In this document: positions 25,227 through 38,612 of the stretch, piece after piece | Position numbering within the stretch: the stretch's first letter is position 1 | How the letters are laid out: every line of letters begins with the position of its first letter | NCBI GenBank assembly: GCA_964016885.1 | Contig: OZ024763.1 | Location: 15,438,001-15,502,000, forward strand | DNA: 64,000 bases | Origin: Eledone cirrhosa | Taxonomy: Eukaryota | Reading direction: 5' to 3' | The notes under the pieces: model-generated | The model's database searches: none | The model's input: the letters and a program-made list of their open reading frames with translations, nothing else | Told to the model about the DNA's origin: nothing | Made by a program: the position numbers and the translations under genes

Positions 25227-25525
25227 ATAAACAATATGCCCCCCCCCCCCCACCGCAAGGTGGTCGTGGAGGTGCCACGGCAAAAAAGCACCCAGCCCAC
25301 ACTGTAAAGTGGACGTGTAGGCGCCACGAAAAAGCACCCAGCACTCACTGTAAATGAGGTTGGTGTTAGGAAGGGCATCCAGCTGTAGAAATCAAGCCAG
25401 ATCAGTTCCTGTATGAGCAAGGCATGGTCAGCCGACCAGACACTGCCCACAACAGGACAACCCGTCTAACCCATGCTAGCGTGGAAGAACGGACGTAAAA
25501 CGGTGATGATGATGATGATGATGAT
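25227..25525 (+). mobile_element. RTE family B-like 3' UTR/tail
   Basis: Homologous to 460-700. Confidence 0.8.
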
Positions 25526-25623
25526 ACACACATATATATATATTTATATATATATTTTTGACAGTTAATTAAGGTACTCAATACCTTAAGTAGAGTGTGT
25601 ACATAACTATATAACTATAGCTA

Positions 25624-25689
<66 letters not shown>

Positions 25690-25784
25690 AGACAGACAGA
25701 TGGACAAATAGATATGTAGGTAGATAGACAGATAGATAGATAGATAGAGGGATCAGGAGGCAAGGAGAACCCTCCCTCCATATA

Positions 25785-25891
25785 TATATACATATATGTG
25801 TATATACACACACACACACCATATATATATACACACACACCATATATATATATACACACACACACCATATATATATATATTCACACACACA

Positions 25892-25928
<37 letters not shown>

Positions 25929-26023
25929 TGTGTATATACACACACACACACCATATATATATACACACACACCATATATATATATACACACACACACCAT
26001 ATATATATATATTCACACACACA

Positions 26024-26060
<37 letters not shown>

Positions 26061-26294
26061 TGTGTATACACACACACACACCATATATATATATATATGT
26101 ATACATATATGTTTATATATACACACACACCATATATATATATACACACACACACACCATATATATATATATATACATATATGTGTATATACACACACAC
26201 ACCATATATATATATATACACACACACCTTATATATATATATATACATATATGTGTATACACACACACACACCATATATATATACACACACACA

Positions 26295-26335
<41 letters not shown>

Positions 26336-26890
26336 TGTTTATATATACACACACACACCATATATATATACACACACACACCATATATATATATACACAC
26401 ACACACACCATATATATATATATACACACACACACACCATATATATATATATATATACATATATGTTTATATACACACACACACCATATATATATATATA
26501 TACACACACACCATATATATATATATACATATATGTGTATATACACACACACACCCCATATATATATATACACACACACACACCATATATATATATATAT
26601 ATATACATATATTTGTATATACACACACACACCATATATATATATATATACACACACACACACCATATATATATATATACACACACACACACCATATATA
26701 TATATATATATATACATATATGTGTATATACACACACACACCATATATATATACACACACACACCATATATATATACACACACACACCATATATATATAT
26801 ATACACACACACACACCATATATATATATACATATATGTGTATATACACACACACACCATATATATATATATATATTCACACACACACGT
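25785..26890. repeat. Compound (TA)n(CA)nCC low-complexity minisatellite
   Basis: Direct reading. Confidence 0.93.
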
Positions 26891-26947
26891 ATATAAATTT
26901 ATATATAGATTTTCTGTTCTTCCATTGTGATCCTGTCTCTATTTTAT

Positions 26948-26985
26948 TCTCCCGAAGAAGGGCTTAAGTCCGACACGGCAAACTT
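26948..26985 (+). ncRNA. Degenerate hammerhead (family of 1536 and 33383)
   Basis: CCGAAGA-A-GGGC[ttaa]GTCC-GACAC-GGC followed by the family motif aagcgtgaaactaataa. Confidence 0.45.
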
Positions 26986-27060
26986 TCTTTCCTCTTTCTA
27001 ATATAAAGCGTGAAACTAATAAGTCTTTTCGTACCTCTGTTTGTTGTCTCATTGAACTAT

Positions 27061-27180
27061 ATCATCATCATCATCATTTTACGTCCGCTCTTCCCTGCTT
27101 GCAAGGGTGGGACACCTATCCATTTGTTGCTGTGCTGATAAGCGTTTTGGCATTGATACACTGGTTGGATGCCCTTCCTA
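27061..27180 (-). mobile_element. Internally deleted (bipartite) RTE family A: 5' UTR piece fused to 3' tail
   Basis: tttgttgctgtgctgataagc...ggatgcccttccta matches 7374-7431; 27061-27113 matches the family A tail. Confidence 0.85.
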
Positions 27181-27199
27181 TATATGTGTATATATATAT

Positions 27200-27372
27200 G
27201 GCCACACTGTAAATGTGGTTGGTGTTAGGAAGGGCATCCAGCCGTAGAAAACCTGCCAGACAGTCCTATATGAGCGAGACACAGTCACCCGACCAACCTT
27301 GCCTTATGTGGGACAACTCCTGTCTACCCCATGCTAGCGTGGAAGATGGATGTTAAACGAAGATGATGATGA

Positions 27373-27377
<5 letters not shown>
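27200..27377 (+). mobile_element. RTE family B 3' UTR/tail
   Basis: ggtgttaggaagggcatccagccgtag...ggatgttaaacgaagatgatg. Confidence 0.8.
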
Positions 27378-27416
<39 letters not shown>

Positions 27417-27569
27417 TAGAATAACAGATTAAAGTTTAAGCAAAGAATCGCTGCTTTCACCCTTAACGGGATCTTCTGCTCTACGGTTCTTATATATTTG
27501 ATATATATTTATCCTTATCGAGTCCTCTTTGGATTTTAGTCTTCATATTTATTATTATTACTATTATTA

Positions 27570-27600
<31 letters not shown>

Positions 27601-27735
27601 TTTATTTATTTATTTATTATAAGAACAGATTCAAGTTTAAGCAAAGAATTGCTGCTTTCACCCATAACGGAATCTTCTGAATATATATATATAATCCTTA
27701 TCGAGCCCTCTTCGGATTTTAGTCTTTACATTTAT

Positions 27736-27835
<100 letters not shown>

Positions 27836-27879
27836 CAAATAGATAGATAGATAGATAGACAGACAGATAAATAGATATG

Positions 27880-28168
27880 TTTCTTTATTAGCCACAGGGG
27901 CACAAAAGAAGGGGACAAATACAAAGGGGGAAGTTTACATACAATAAAAACGTGTAAAATATTATCACAAATACACTCTCAAAGTTAATCGATTTTCCCC
28001 AATAGGGGGAGACATTTCATATGGGTAACACATACCCCCGAGAAAATGTACAACCCTCATCTCCAGGAGTACAAAGAGTTTGTACCCCTTTCCTCTCTTC
28101 CTCTTTTTCCCCAACCTACAGGCTGATATAGAGAGAAGGCCCATTCACTCGGGCCATTCTCGCCACTT
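27880..28168 (-). mobile_element. 5'-truncated Tx1-like retrotransposon in (GATA)n
   Basis: Encodes VARMARVNGPSLYISL, like the C-terminus of 62440-63987; 3' end aataaagaaa. Confidence 0.88.
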
Positions 28169-28189
28169 CAGATAGATAGATAGATAGAG

Positions 28190-28228
<39 letters not shown>

Positions 28229-28256
28229 CAGATAGATAGAGAGATAGATAGATATA

Positions 28257-28404
28257 TTTCTTTATTAGCCACAGGGGCACAAAAGAAGGGGACAAATACA
28301 AAGGGGGAAGTTTACATACAATAAAAACGTGTAAAATGTTATCACAGATGGAATTTAAGAGTTAGTCGATTTTCCCCAATAGAGGGAGACAGTTTATATG
28401 GGTT
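28257..28404 (-). mobile_element. Second, shorter Tx1-like 3' UTR copy in (GATA)n
   Basis: tttctttattagccacaggggcacaaaagaaggggacaaatacaaagggggaag as at 27880. Confidence 0.88.
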
Positions 28405-28624
28405 AGATAGATAGATAGATAGATAGAGCGATGACAGATAGATAGATAGATAGAGAGATAGATTGATAGGGAGATAGATACAAATATAGTTAAAGAGATA
28501 GTTAGATAAATACATATATATAGACCCGTGTTAGCATGGAAAATGGACGTTAAACGATGATGATGATGATGATGATGATGATATATATATATATATATAT
28601 ATATATGTATACATGTATGTATAC

Positions 28625-28691
<67 letters not shown>

Positions 28692-28753
28692 CCTATATAT
28701 ATATAGGTATATATTTATATATATATATATATATATATAGATATACCTATATA

Positions 28754-28791
<38 letters not shown>

Positions 28792-28829
28792 TATATCTAT
28801 TTATATATATATATATATATATAGATATA

Positions 28830-28903
<74 letters not shown>

Positions 28904-28938
28904 TATATCTATCTATCTATCTCTCTCTCTACATATAT

Positions 28939-28990
<52 letters not shown>

Positions 28991-29229
28991 TCAAAAGTGT
29001 AATATCTTAATAAATACTAAGATGCTGTTGTTGTTGTTTGTTGTTGTTGTTGTTGTTTGTTTATTGTGGTAAGAGAAGAATAACTAGACTTACTTACCTT
29101 GTTAAGTGAAATCCTCATATATGTGTATACAAATATCATGAATATGTGTATACATACATATTATATATACATACAAACATACCTACAAACATATATATAT
29201 GTGTGTGTATATATATATTTGTATATAAG

Positions 29230-29260
<31 letters not shown>

Positions 29261-29354
29261 ATGTATGTATGTATGTATGTATGTATGTATGTGAAGTATA
29301 TAAACTTTTAAGGTGTAGTTATCTTAACAAGAATGGCTAAGATTAACTCCTCCG

Positions 29355-30135
29355 CACACTCTCACACTCTCCCCCTCACTCTCTCTCTCTCACACGCTCC
29401 CCTTCTCTCTCCCACACACGCTCACACTCTCCCCCTCACTCTCTCTCTCTCACACGCTCCCCTTCTCTCTCTCCCACACACTCTCACACTCTCCCCCTCA
29501 CTCTCTCTCTCTCACACGCTCCCCTTCTCTCTCTCCCACACACGCTCACACTCACTCTCTCTCTCTCTCTCACACACTTCCCCTCTCTCTCTCTCACTCT
29601 CTCACACACTTCCCCCTCTCTCTCACATGCTCCCCTTCTCTCTCTCACACATGCTCACACTCTCCCCCTCTCTCTCACTCTCTCACACGCTCCCCTTCTC
29701 TCTCTCACACATGCTCACACTCCCCCTCTCTCTCACACACTCTCCCCTTCTCTCTTCTCTCACAATCTCCTCTCCTTTTCACTCTCTTACACTCTCACCC
29801 TCTCTCTCTCACTTTCTCACACTCCCTCTCTCGCCCTCTCTCTCTCTCTCTCTCACTCACTCCCTCTCTCTCTCACACTCTCCCTCCCTCTCTTTCACAT
29901 TCTCTCTCTCGCCCTTACTCTCACACTCTCCCTCCCTCTCTCTCTCACACACTCTCTCTCTCACTCTCCTTCTCTCACGTTCACCCTCTTACACTCTCCC
30001 CCTCTCTCGCACTCTCTCACACTCTCCTCCTCTCTCACACACTCTCTCTTGCCCTTACTCTCACACTCTCCCCCCCTCTCTCACACCCTCCATCTCCCCC
30101 TCACCCCCTCTCCCCCTTCCACCCCCCCTCTCTCA
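29355..30135. repeat. CT/CA-rich low-complexity repeat
   Basis: Direct reading. Confidence 0.9.
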
Positions 30136-30435
30136 CTATATATACATGAATGTTGACGATGTGAAACTATAGGTGTGTGTGTGTGTGACATTATGCATGT
30201 GTGGGCATGTGACACTGTCTCTCTGTGTGTGTGTGTGTGTGTGTGTGTGACTGCCTGAACAAAGCAGACACAGATAGCAACAACAGCAGCAGCAGCAGCA
30301 GCAGCAATACTGGACACACACACACACACATCCTACACATACACACACACACCTACACACACACACACACACCTACACACACTGTCACATACACACCTAT
30401 ACTACCTTAGTCAGGTATGAAGCAACAGTGTTAAT

Positions 30436-30832
30436 ATGTATGTATGTATGCGTGTATGTATATATGTATGTATGTATATATGTATGTATGTATATATGTA
30501 TGCGTGTATGTATGTATGTATGTATGTATGTATATATGTATGTATGTATATATGTATGCGTGTATGTATGTATGTATATATGTATGTATGTATGTATATA
30601 TGTGTGTATATATGTATATATGTATGTATGTAAGTATGTATGTATATATATATATGTATGCGTGTATGTATGTATATATGTATATATGTATGTATATATG
30701 TGTGTATATATGTATATATGTATGTATGTATATATGTATGTATATATGTATGTATGTATATATGTGTGTATATATGTATGTGTATGTATGTATGTGTATG
30801 TATGTATGTATGTATATATGTATGTATGTATG

Positions 30833-30866
<34 letters not shown>

Positions 30867-31200
30867 TGTATATATGTATGTATATATGTATATATGTATG
30901 TATATATGTATGTGTGTATGTATGTATATATGTATGTATGTATGTATATATGTATATATGTATATATGTATGCATGTATGTATGTGTGTATGTATATATA
31001 TATATATATATATATATGTATGCATGTATGTATGCATGTGTGTATGTGTATATGTAGGTATATATGTGAGCATGTATGTATGCATGCATGTATGTATGAT
31101 GCATGCATGTATGTATGTGAGTATGTATGTATATATATATATATAAGTATGTATATACATATATATATGTATGTATGTATATATGCATATATGTATATAT
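30436..31200. repeat. (ATGT)n-type microsatellite
   Basis: Direct reading. Confidence 0.93.
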
Positions 31201-31742
31201 TTATGTAGATATGTATAAATGTTTATAAGTGTGTATGTTTATATGTATATATACACACATATGTACGTATAGGCATGTATGTCTATATATATATATATAT
31301 TTATATCTATGTATGTGAATGTATGTATATATATATATATGTGTGTATGTGTGTGTGTGTATGTGCATAGCCTGCACTACGAGCAACTGTGTCTATAATG
31401 TATGTATATTTATGTATATATGTATGTCAATGTATACATGTATGTGTATATGTGCGTAGGCTCCACAACCAGCTGGTTCACATTCTAGATGTGATATGGC
31501 AGTGGTCATGGGGGTGGTGGGTGGGGCGGGGTGGTGGGTGGCGCTGGGGTAGTGGTATTGGGGGGTGGGGTGGTGGTGTGGTATAGTGGTGGTGGATGTT
31601 GTTAATAGTAAAAATATAACTTGAGGATACTTCACAAACAGACACCCTCCCCTCCCCTACACACACATATATATATATATATACACATATATGCAATCAT
31701 AAATATGTGCATGTGCACACACACACCCAGACACATATCTAC

Positions 31743-31776
<34 letters not shown>

Positions 31777-31805
31777 TTATACATATATATATTTATATAT
31801 ATATG

Positions 31806-31841
<36 letters not shown>

Positions 31842-31843
<2 letters not shown>

Positions 31844-32061
31844 CAATGATATTAAATAAATGGAAACTATATTTATAAAACCATATTTATTTTATTATAT
31901 ATATTTCAAGGGTACCAAGTTTGTTTTATAAATAGAGACATACCCATGAAAATCATACCTTATCGGTTGGAAATTCACTGGTTAGTAAACTGTTGAGTGC
32001 TCTAAATCTGTTATAAACATTTATATTTGTTGCACTTCCAACAAATTAAATACCCCTTCTA

Positions 32062-32065
<4 letters not shown>
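31842..32065. repeat. Rearranged copy of the hammerhead-bearing family of 2410-3075 / 37435-37770 (3' half of motif only)
   Basis: aaactatatttataaaaccatattt...atatatttcaagggtaccaa; ctgttgagtgctctaaatctgttataaac. Confidence 0.7.
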
Positions 32066-32097
<32 letters not shown>

Positions 32098-32101
<4 letters not shown>

Positions 32102-32290
32102 AAGACGTGGTAGAGGTAGACCACGAAAAACATGGGCGGAGGTGGTGAGAACAGACCTCAGGTCATTGAAGCTCACGGTGGAGATGACGAAGGACCGTGA
32201 CGAGTGGAGAGATGCTGTGCTGAATAAGACCCGTCCCACCCTTGCAAGCAGGGAAAAGTGGACGTAAAATGATGATGATGATGATGATGA

Positions 32291-32293
<3 letters not shown>
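32098..32293 (+). mobile_element. RTE family A 3' end inside (TA)n
   Basis: ggaagacgtggtagaggtagaccacg...(ATG)n. Confidence 0.92.
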
Positions 32294-32341
<48 letters not shown>

Positions 32342-32417
32342 AGTATTGAAGTTTCCGTTGAAAATTGAAAAAGTCATAGGAGTGAAGAGTGCTCTATGTA
32401 AGTTACAGAGCTAAATT

Positions 32418-32604
32418 TAATGTATAATAAACAATGCAATATAATTACCTCATTACCAGAGGTTTCCCGAATAAGACGAATACAAGAAACGTCCTCATTC
32501 GTTTGCCTTGTCTGACGAACGAATGAGGATGTTTCTTGTATTCGTCTTATTCGGGGAAACCTCTGGTAATGAGGTAATTATATTGTATTGTTTATTATAC
32601 ATTA
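32418..32604. repeat. Fold-back inverted repeat (~85-bp arms)
   Basis: aatgtataataaacaatgcaatataattacctcattaccagaggtttccc... mirrored. Confidence 0.92.
32503..32577 (+). ncRNA. Hammerhead motif with long stem II
   Basis: TTGCCTTGT-CTGACGA-ACGAATGAGG...TCTTATTCGGG-GAAAC-CTCTG-GTA-ATGAGGTAA. Confidence 0.72.
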
Positions 32605-32609
32605 TATAT

Positions 32610-32660
<51 letters not shown>

Positions 32661-32752
32661 GTTTAACGTTCATCTTCCACGCTTGCATGGGTTTGGACGG
32701 GAGTTTTCCCACTTGAGGCAAGATTGGTTGTCCTGCTCGTATAGGACTGTCT
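32610..32752 (-). mobile_element. RTE family B tail
   Basis: Matches 43594-43700. Confidence 0.85.
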
Positions 32753-32948
32753 GATATATATATTTATATACATATGTATATATATATATATACATATGTA
32801 TATATATATATGTGTGTGTGTAATATATATATATATATGCATGATAAGATTCACATACCAATCAAAACCAGTAATATTGGACAAATTTAAATCCATTGAA
32901 TGCAACAGTTATAAAAACATACATCCTGTGTTCTCTCTCATATATGTT

Positions 32949-32979
<31 letters not shown>

Positions 32980-33382
32980 ATAACACCCATATACACACCA
33001 CTCATGCATCTGTATTCACTTTTAACAATTGTTCACACATACTCGCTTCTTTTCAGACACAAACACTCACATCTACACATACACACAGACCTTACCTTCC
33101 ACCGTCCCCTCCCAGACTAAACTGAATATTTTGCATCCCCCTTCTACTCTCTCACCCCCATCTCCCCCTCAACCCACCTACACACACTATCACACCCATG
33201 CCACCCTCCACTCTGGACTTATACCACCCTACCCATTTTATTTTTATATGCAAAAATCTTCTTTTTTTTTTTTTCACTTTTATCATTATATTGTATTTTT
33301 TACTTTGTAACTTCCCCTCCTGAAAACCCTCCTTACTCTCTCTCTCTCTCTCTCGGAGTTCCTGTGCTCCTCTTCTCTGAAC

Positions 33383-33418
33383 TTTCCTGATGAAGGACTT
33401 GTGTTTGAAACGTTGAAA
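33383..33418 (+). ncRNA. Minimal hammerhead motif
   Basis: TTTC-CTGATGA-A-GGAC[ttgt]GTTT-GAAA-CG-TT-GAAA; same architecture as 1536-1571 with a different paired stem I. Confidence 0.75.
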
Positions 33419-33496
33419 CCTCCTCCACTTTCATCAAGCGTGAACCTAATATAACTATGTATAATTGCCTCCTGCGTTTTGTTCATTCATTTTCAA

Positions 33497-34503
33497 CTAT
33501 AACAGAGGAGTTTAAGACTGGATGTCCATGGGCACTTCTCTATGCTGATCATCTGGCTATGGAAACAGCAGTTGGAATCAAGAGGACTGAGAGTGAACCT
33601 AGCTAAGACAAAAGAGTTGATGAGTAGAAAAGCGGACAAAACTCTGATTCCATCAGGGAAATGGCCATGTTCGATATGCAGAAGAAGAACTGGCATAAAT
33701 TCTATAAAACGTATGCAATGCAGATCCTGGGTACACAAGAGAAGTAGCGGGATAGCAGGCAAACTAACAGGTAGGGAAAACTACGTATGCAGTAGATGTA
33801 CAGGGAAATTAGACAGTAGAAGTCGCATTAATAGACACATTTTTCAAATGCAGGTAGGTTCTATGGAAGTGGGTGATAGCTTCCGGTACCTAGGTGATCA
33901 GATTAGCATGGGAGGGTGGGGGTGGGGGTTCCGAGGCCATAGTATCTAGAATAAGGACGGCTTGGAAGAAGTTTAGGGTGCTGCTTCCTCTGCTGATGAA
34001 GAAGGGTTTCTCCCTGCGGCGTACGAAAGGCCGGTTATATGACGCCTGTGTGAGGTGCGCGATGCTGCATGGTAGTGAGACATGGGAAACAACTGCAGAG
34101 GATATGCGACGGCTGGAGAGAAATGAGGCAAGCATGCTCCGATGGATGTGAAATATCAATGTACGTGAATGACCGAGCATGGATGTGTTGAGAGAGAAAC
34201 TGTGTTTAAGAAGGATAAACTGTAGTGTGCGGGAGAGAAGACTGCGATGGTATGGACATGTGATGTGCATGGAGGATGACCGCTGGGTAAAGAAGTGCCA
34301 AGAAATCCCAGTAGAAGGAAGATGCAGTAGCGGAAGACCACGAAAAACATGGGCGGAGGTGGTGAGAGCCGACCTCAGATCGCTGAAGCTCACCGAGGAG
34401 ATAAGATAACAAAGGACCATGACAATTGGAAAGATGCTGTGCTGAATAGGACCCGTCCCACCCTTGCAAGCAGGGAAAAGCGGACGTAAAATGATGATGA
34501 TGA
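33497..34503 (+). mobile_element. 5'-truncated degenerate RTE family A
   Basis: ORFs 33542-33949, 33894-34151, 34179-34409. Confidence 0.93.
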
Positions 34504-34509
34504 ATGAAT

Positions 34510-34545
<36 letters not shown>

Positions 34546-34575
34546 CTATATAGATATAGATATATATATATATAT

Positions 34576-34873
34576 GGAGGCACATGGCTTAGTGGTTAGA
34601 GCATTGGCCTTGCAATGAAAAGGTTGTGAGTTCAATTCTCAGACCGGGTCACGTGTTGTTTCCTTGAGCAAGACACTTTATTTCACATTGCTCCAGTTTA
34701 CTCAGCTGTAGAAATGAGATGATAGGGACTGCGGTCCCTATCATTCCACTGCAAAGTGGTCATGGAGGTGCCACGGCAAAAAAAGCACCCAGCACTCACT
34801 GTAAATGAGGTTGGTGTTAGGAAGGGCATCCAGCTGTAGAAATCAAACCAGAATCAGTTCCCATCCCACCCTT
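34576..34873 (+). mobile_element. CORE SINE family A
   Basis: As 10839-11177, tail truncated. Confidence 0.9.
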
Positions 34874-34879
34874 GGTGGG

Positions 34880-34912
<33 letters not shown>

Positions 34913-34948
34913 AGTATATATATATACATACATATACATATATATTTA

Positions 34949-34986
<38 letters not shown>

Positions 34987-35199
34987 CGGGATAACAGGTT
35001 ATCGTTATAATATTGGTGATCGATTGACGCAAACTCAGGCGGGTAGCGAACTCTAGACCTGCCAGATCAAAGAAACAATTGTCAGCAATGTGAATAAAGC
35101 CCTTATTGTATCACGAACCATGTCACTCTTCTTTCTTGAATTATATATATATATATATAAAATGATGATGATGATGATATATATATATATATATAAATA

Positions 35200-35512
35200 T
35201 ATCATCTTCATCGTTTTTATGTCTGCTTTTCCATGCTTGCATGGGTTGGACAGGCCCTTCTCAGGAAAGCATTCCCCCACACATTGTCATCCTTTATCAT
35301 AGCCTCTGTGAGCCTCAGAGATTTGAGGTCAGCGCTCACAACCTCTGACCAGGTCTTTCTTGGTGTAACTTTTCTGCAACTTCCTTCCATTGGCATTTTC
35401 TGGCACTTCTTCACCCAGTGAACATTGTCCATCTGCTGCATCACATCATCACATGTCCAAAGCTGTGTAGTCTTTTATCCTGTACACTACCTCGAACTGC
35501 TCTTAAACCGAG
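35200..35512 (-). mobile_element. Old RTE 3' fragment
   Basis: WVKKCQKMPMEGSCRKVTPRKTWSEVV. Confidence 0.8.
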
Positions 35513-35517
35513 CTTCT

Positions 35518-35564
<47 letters not shown>

Positions 35565-35885
35565 ATACTTTGGGAGGGTCATGTTGCCAATAAGAAACAC
35601 ACGCACCAGTAACATCTTATTGGCAACATGACCCTCCCAAAGTATAACAATATCGGTTTCAACACACGATTTCAGATAAAGAATCTTGCTAAACAAATTC
35701 AGAAACGAAATATATATATATATATATGTATATGTATGTATGTATGTATGTTTGTATGTATGTATGTATGTATGTATGTGTGTGTGTTTGTGTGTGTTTG
35801 TGTGTGTTTGTGTGCAAAAGGCAAATAGAAATAACAAAACAATGAAGTACAATGAAGAAAAATATTAGTTTTACGCTTGATATAG

Positions 35886-35919
<34 letters not shown>

Positions 35920-35925
35920 TATATC

Positions 35926-35968
<43 letters not shown>

Positions 35969-36029
35969 TATATTATATGAAATAAAAGTTAAGACAAGGT
36001 TTATTATTAATACATTTAATGGCCTTACA

Positions 36030-36084
<55 letters not shown>

Positions 36085-36122
36085 GTACATGCATAATATA
36101 TGTATACATACACACATATATA

Positions 36123-36200
<78 letters not shown>

Positions 36201-36230
36201 TCCCCTTCCTTCGCTGCGTCTATATATGTA

Positions 36231-36277
<47 letters not shown>

Positions 36278-36282
36278 ATATG

Positions 36283-36329
<47 letters not shown>

Positions 36330-36463
36330 GTATATATAGAGATCATAACAGGTACTTAAACTGTTGTTTAGATAAGATAATCTACTCAACTCTACTTCCT
36401 AAACATATTGAGTACTTTATGTAGATTTTTGGTGTCATTGTTATTGCAAATATGCACATTCTG

Positions 36464-36499
<36 letters not shown>

Positions 36500-36624
36500 T
36501 CACTGCATTGACAAACACACACACATACACACATGCATGTGCATGTCTGTATGTGTATGTGTGTGTGTGTGTTAGTACAATAATATGAATATATAAATAG
36601 CTATCTATCTATCTACACACACAC

Positions 36625-36660
<36 letters not shown>

Positions 36661-36664
<4 letters not shown>

Positions 36665-37389
36665 GTGAGAGCATTGGGCTTGCAATCGAAAGGTTGTGAG
36701 TTCAATTCTCAGACCGGGTGATGTGTTGTTTCCTTGAGCAAGAAACTTTATTTCACATTGCTCCAGTTTAGTCAGCTGTAGAAATGAGATGATAGGGACT
36801 GGGGTCCATATCATTCCACTGCAAAGTGGTCGTGGAGGTGCCACGGAAAAATAGCACCCAGCACTCACTGTAAAGTGGTCGTGTAGGTGCCACGGCAAAA
36901 TAGCACCCAGCACTCACTGTAAAGTGGTCGTGGAGGTGCCACGGCAAAATAGCACCCAGCACTCACTGTAAAGTGGTCGTGGAGGTGCCACGGCAAAATA
37001 GCACCCAGCACTCACTGTAAAGTGGTCGTGGAGGTGCCACGGCAAAATAGCACCCAGCACTCACTGTAAAGTGGTCGTGGAGGTGCCACGGCAAAATAGC
37101 ACCCAGCACTCACTGTAAAGTGGTCGTGGAGGTGCCACGGCAAAATAGCACCCAGCACTCACTGTAAAGTGGTTGTGGAGGTGCCACGGCAAAAGATCAC
37201 CCAGCACTCACTGTAAAGTGGTCGTGGAGGTGCCACGGCAAAAAAGCACCCAGCACTCACTGTAAATGAGGTTGGTGTTAGGAAGGGCATCCAGCTGTAG
37301 AAATCAAGCCAGAATCAGTTCCCGTCCCACCCTTGCAAGCAGGGAAAAAGCGGATGTAAAATGAAATGATGATGAAATGATGATGATGA
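36661..37389 (+). mobile_element. CORE SINE family A with 49-bp internal unit expanded ~9x (36817-37262)
   Basis: cactgtaaagtggtcgtggaggtgccacggcaaaatagcacccagcact repeated. Confidence 0.93.
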
Positions 37390-37502
37390 TATATACAAAT
37401 ATTTATATTTACAAATATTCATATATATATATATATACAATGATATTAAATAAATAGAAACTATATTTATAAAACCATATTTATTCTATTATATATATTA
37501 TT

Positions 37503-37563
37503 CATTCTATTATATATATTTCAAGGGTACCAAAATTTTGGTACGCTTTCATCAGATAAAATA
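37503..37563 (-). ncRNA. Hammerhead ribozyme in inverted element 37435-37770
   Basis: Minus: TATTTTAT-CTGATGA-AAGCGTACCAAA[at]TTTGGTACCCTT-GAAA-TATAT-ATA-ATAGAATG; homolog of 2485-2552. Confidence 0.82.
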
Positions 37564-37765
37564 CGAAGTGTGTTTTATAAATTTTGACATAACCAAGGAT
37601 AATATACCTTAACGGTTAAAGTTATCTCTGGATAGGTTTTATAATATAGTTTCCATTTATTTAATATCATTGTGCATTATACTGCAGAAATTCTGTTGAG
37701 TGCTCTGAATCAGTTATAAACATTTATATTTTGTTGAATTACCAACAAATTGAATATCTCTTCTG

Positions 37766-37798
<33 letters not shown>

Positions 37799-37870
37799 TT
37801 ATTTATATATATATATATTATATATATAAATATATATATATATATAAATGTTATATAAATATACATATAT

Positions 37871-37902
<32 letters not shown>

Positions 37903-38264
37903 TTATATATATATTTATATATATATATATTATATATATAAATATATATATATATAAATATTATATAAATATACATATATATATATATATATAAATATTT
38001 ATAAATATATATATATATATATATAAATATTTATAAATATACATAAATATATATAACGAAGGAAATGTGGTAAGGAACCAGGTGGACCATAACGCACCAA
38101 AGTCCAGAATTAGTCCAGAATTAGCCGTCGAAACGGCTTGAGCTCAGCCGTCGGGGTCCTACTCGTTCCTATATATATATATATATATAAAAGGGTATGG
38201 ATGTTCCAACAGGTACTAGGTATCTATAGAAATATGCATGGTGTCCGCTCATTTTTATATATAT

Positions 38265-38315
<51 letters not shown>

Positions 38316-38345
38316 TATATATAAATAATTATAAACATACATATA

Positions 38346-38435
<90 letters not shown>

Positions 38436-38514
38436 TGTGTGTATAACTGAAATGGACAGGTAAAACAGGAGCTACCATTAACAATGAACAATATTCTAGT
38501 TTGTTACTAACGAT

Positions 38515-38529
38515 ATTACTACTACTACA

Positions 38530-38564
<35 letters not shown>

Positions 38565-38571
38565 CACCACC

Positions 38572-38612
<41 letters not shown>

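Noticed and set aside
36817-37262. 49-bp array as CRISPR
   Set aside because: Head-to-tail units without spacers, inside a SINE
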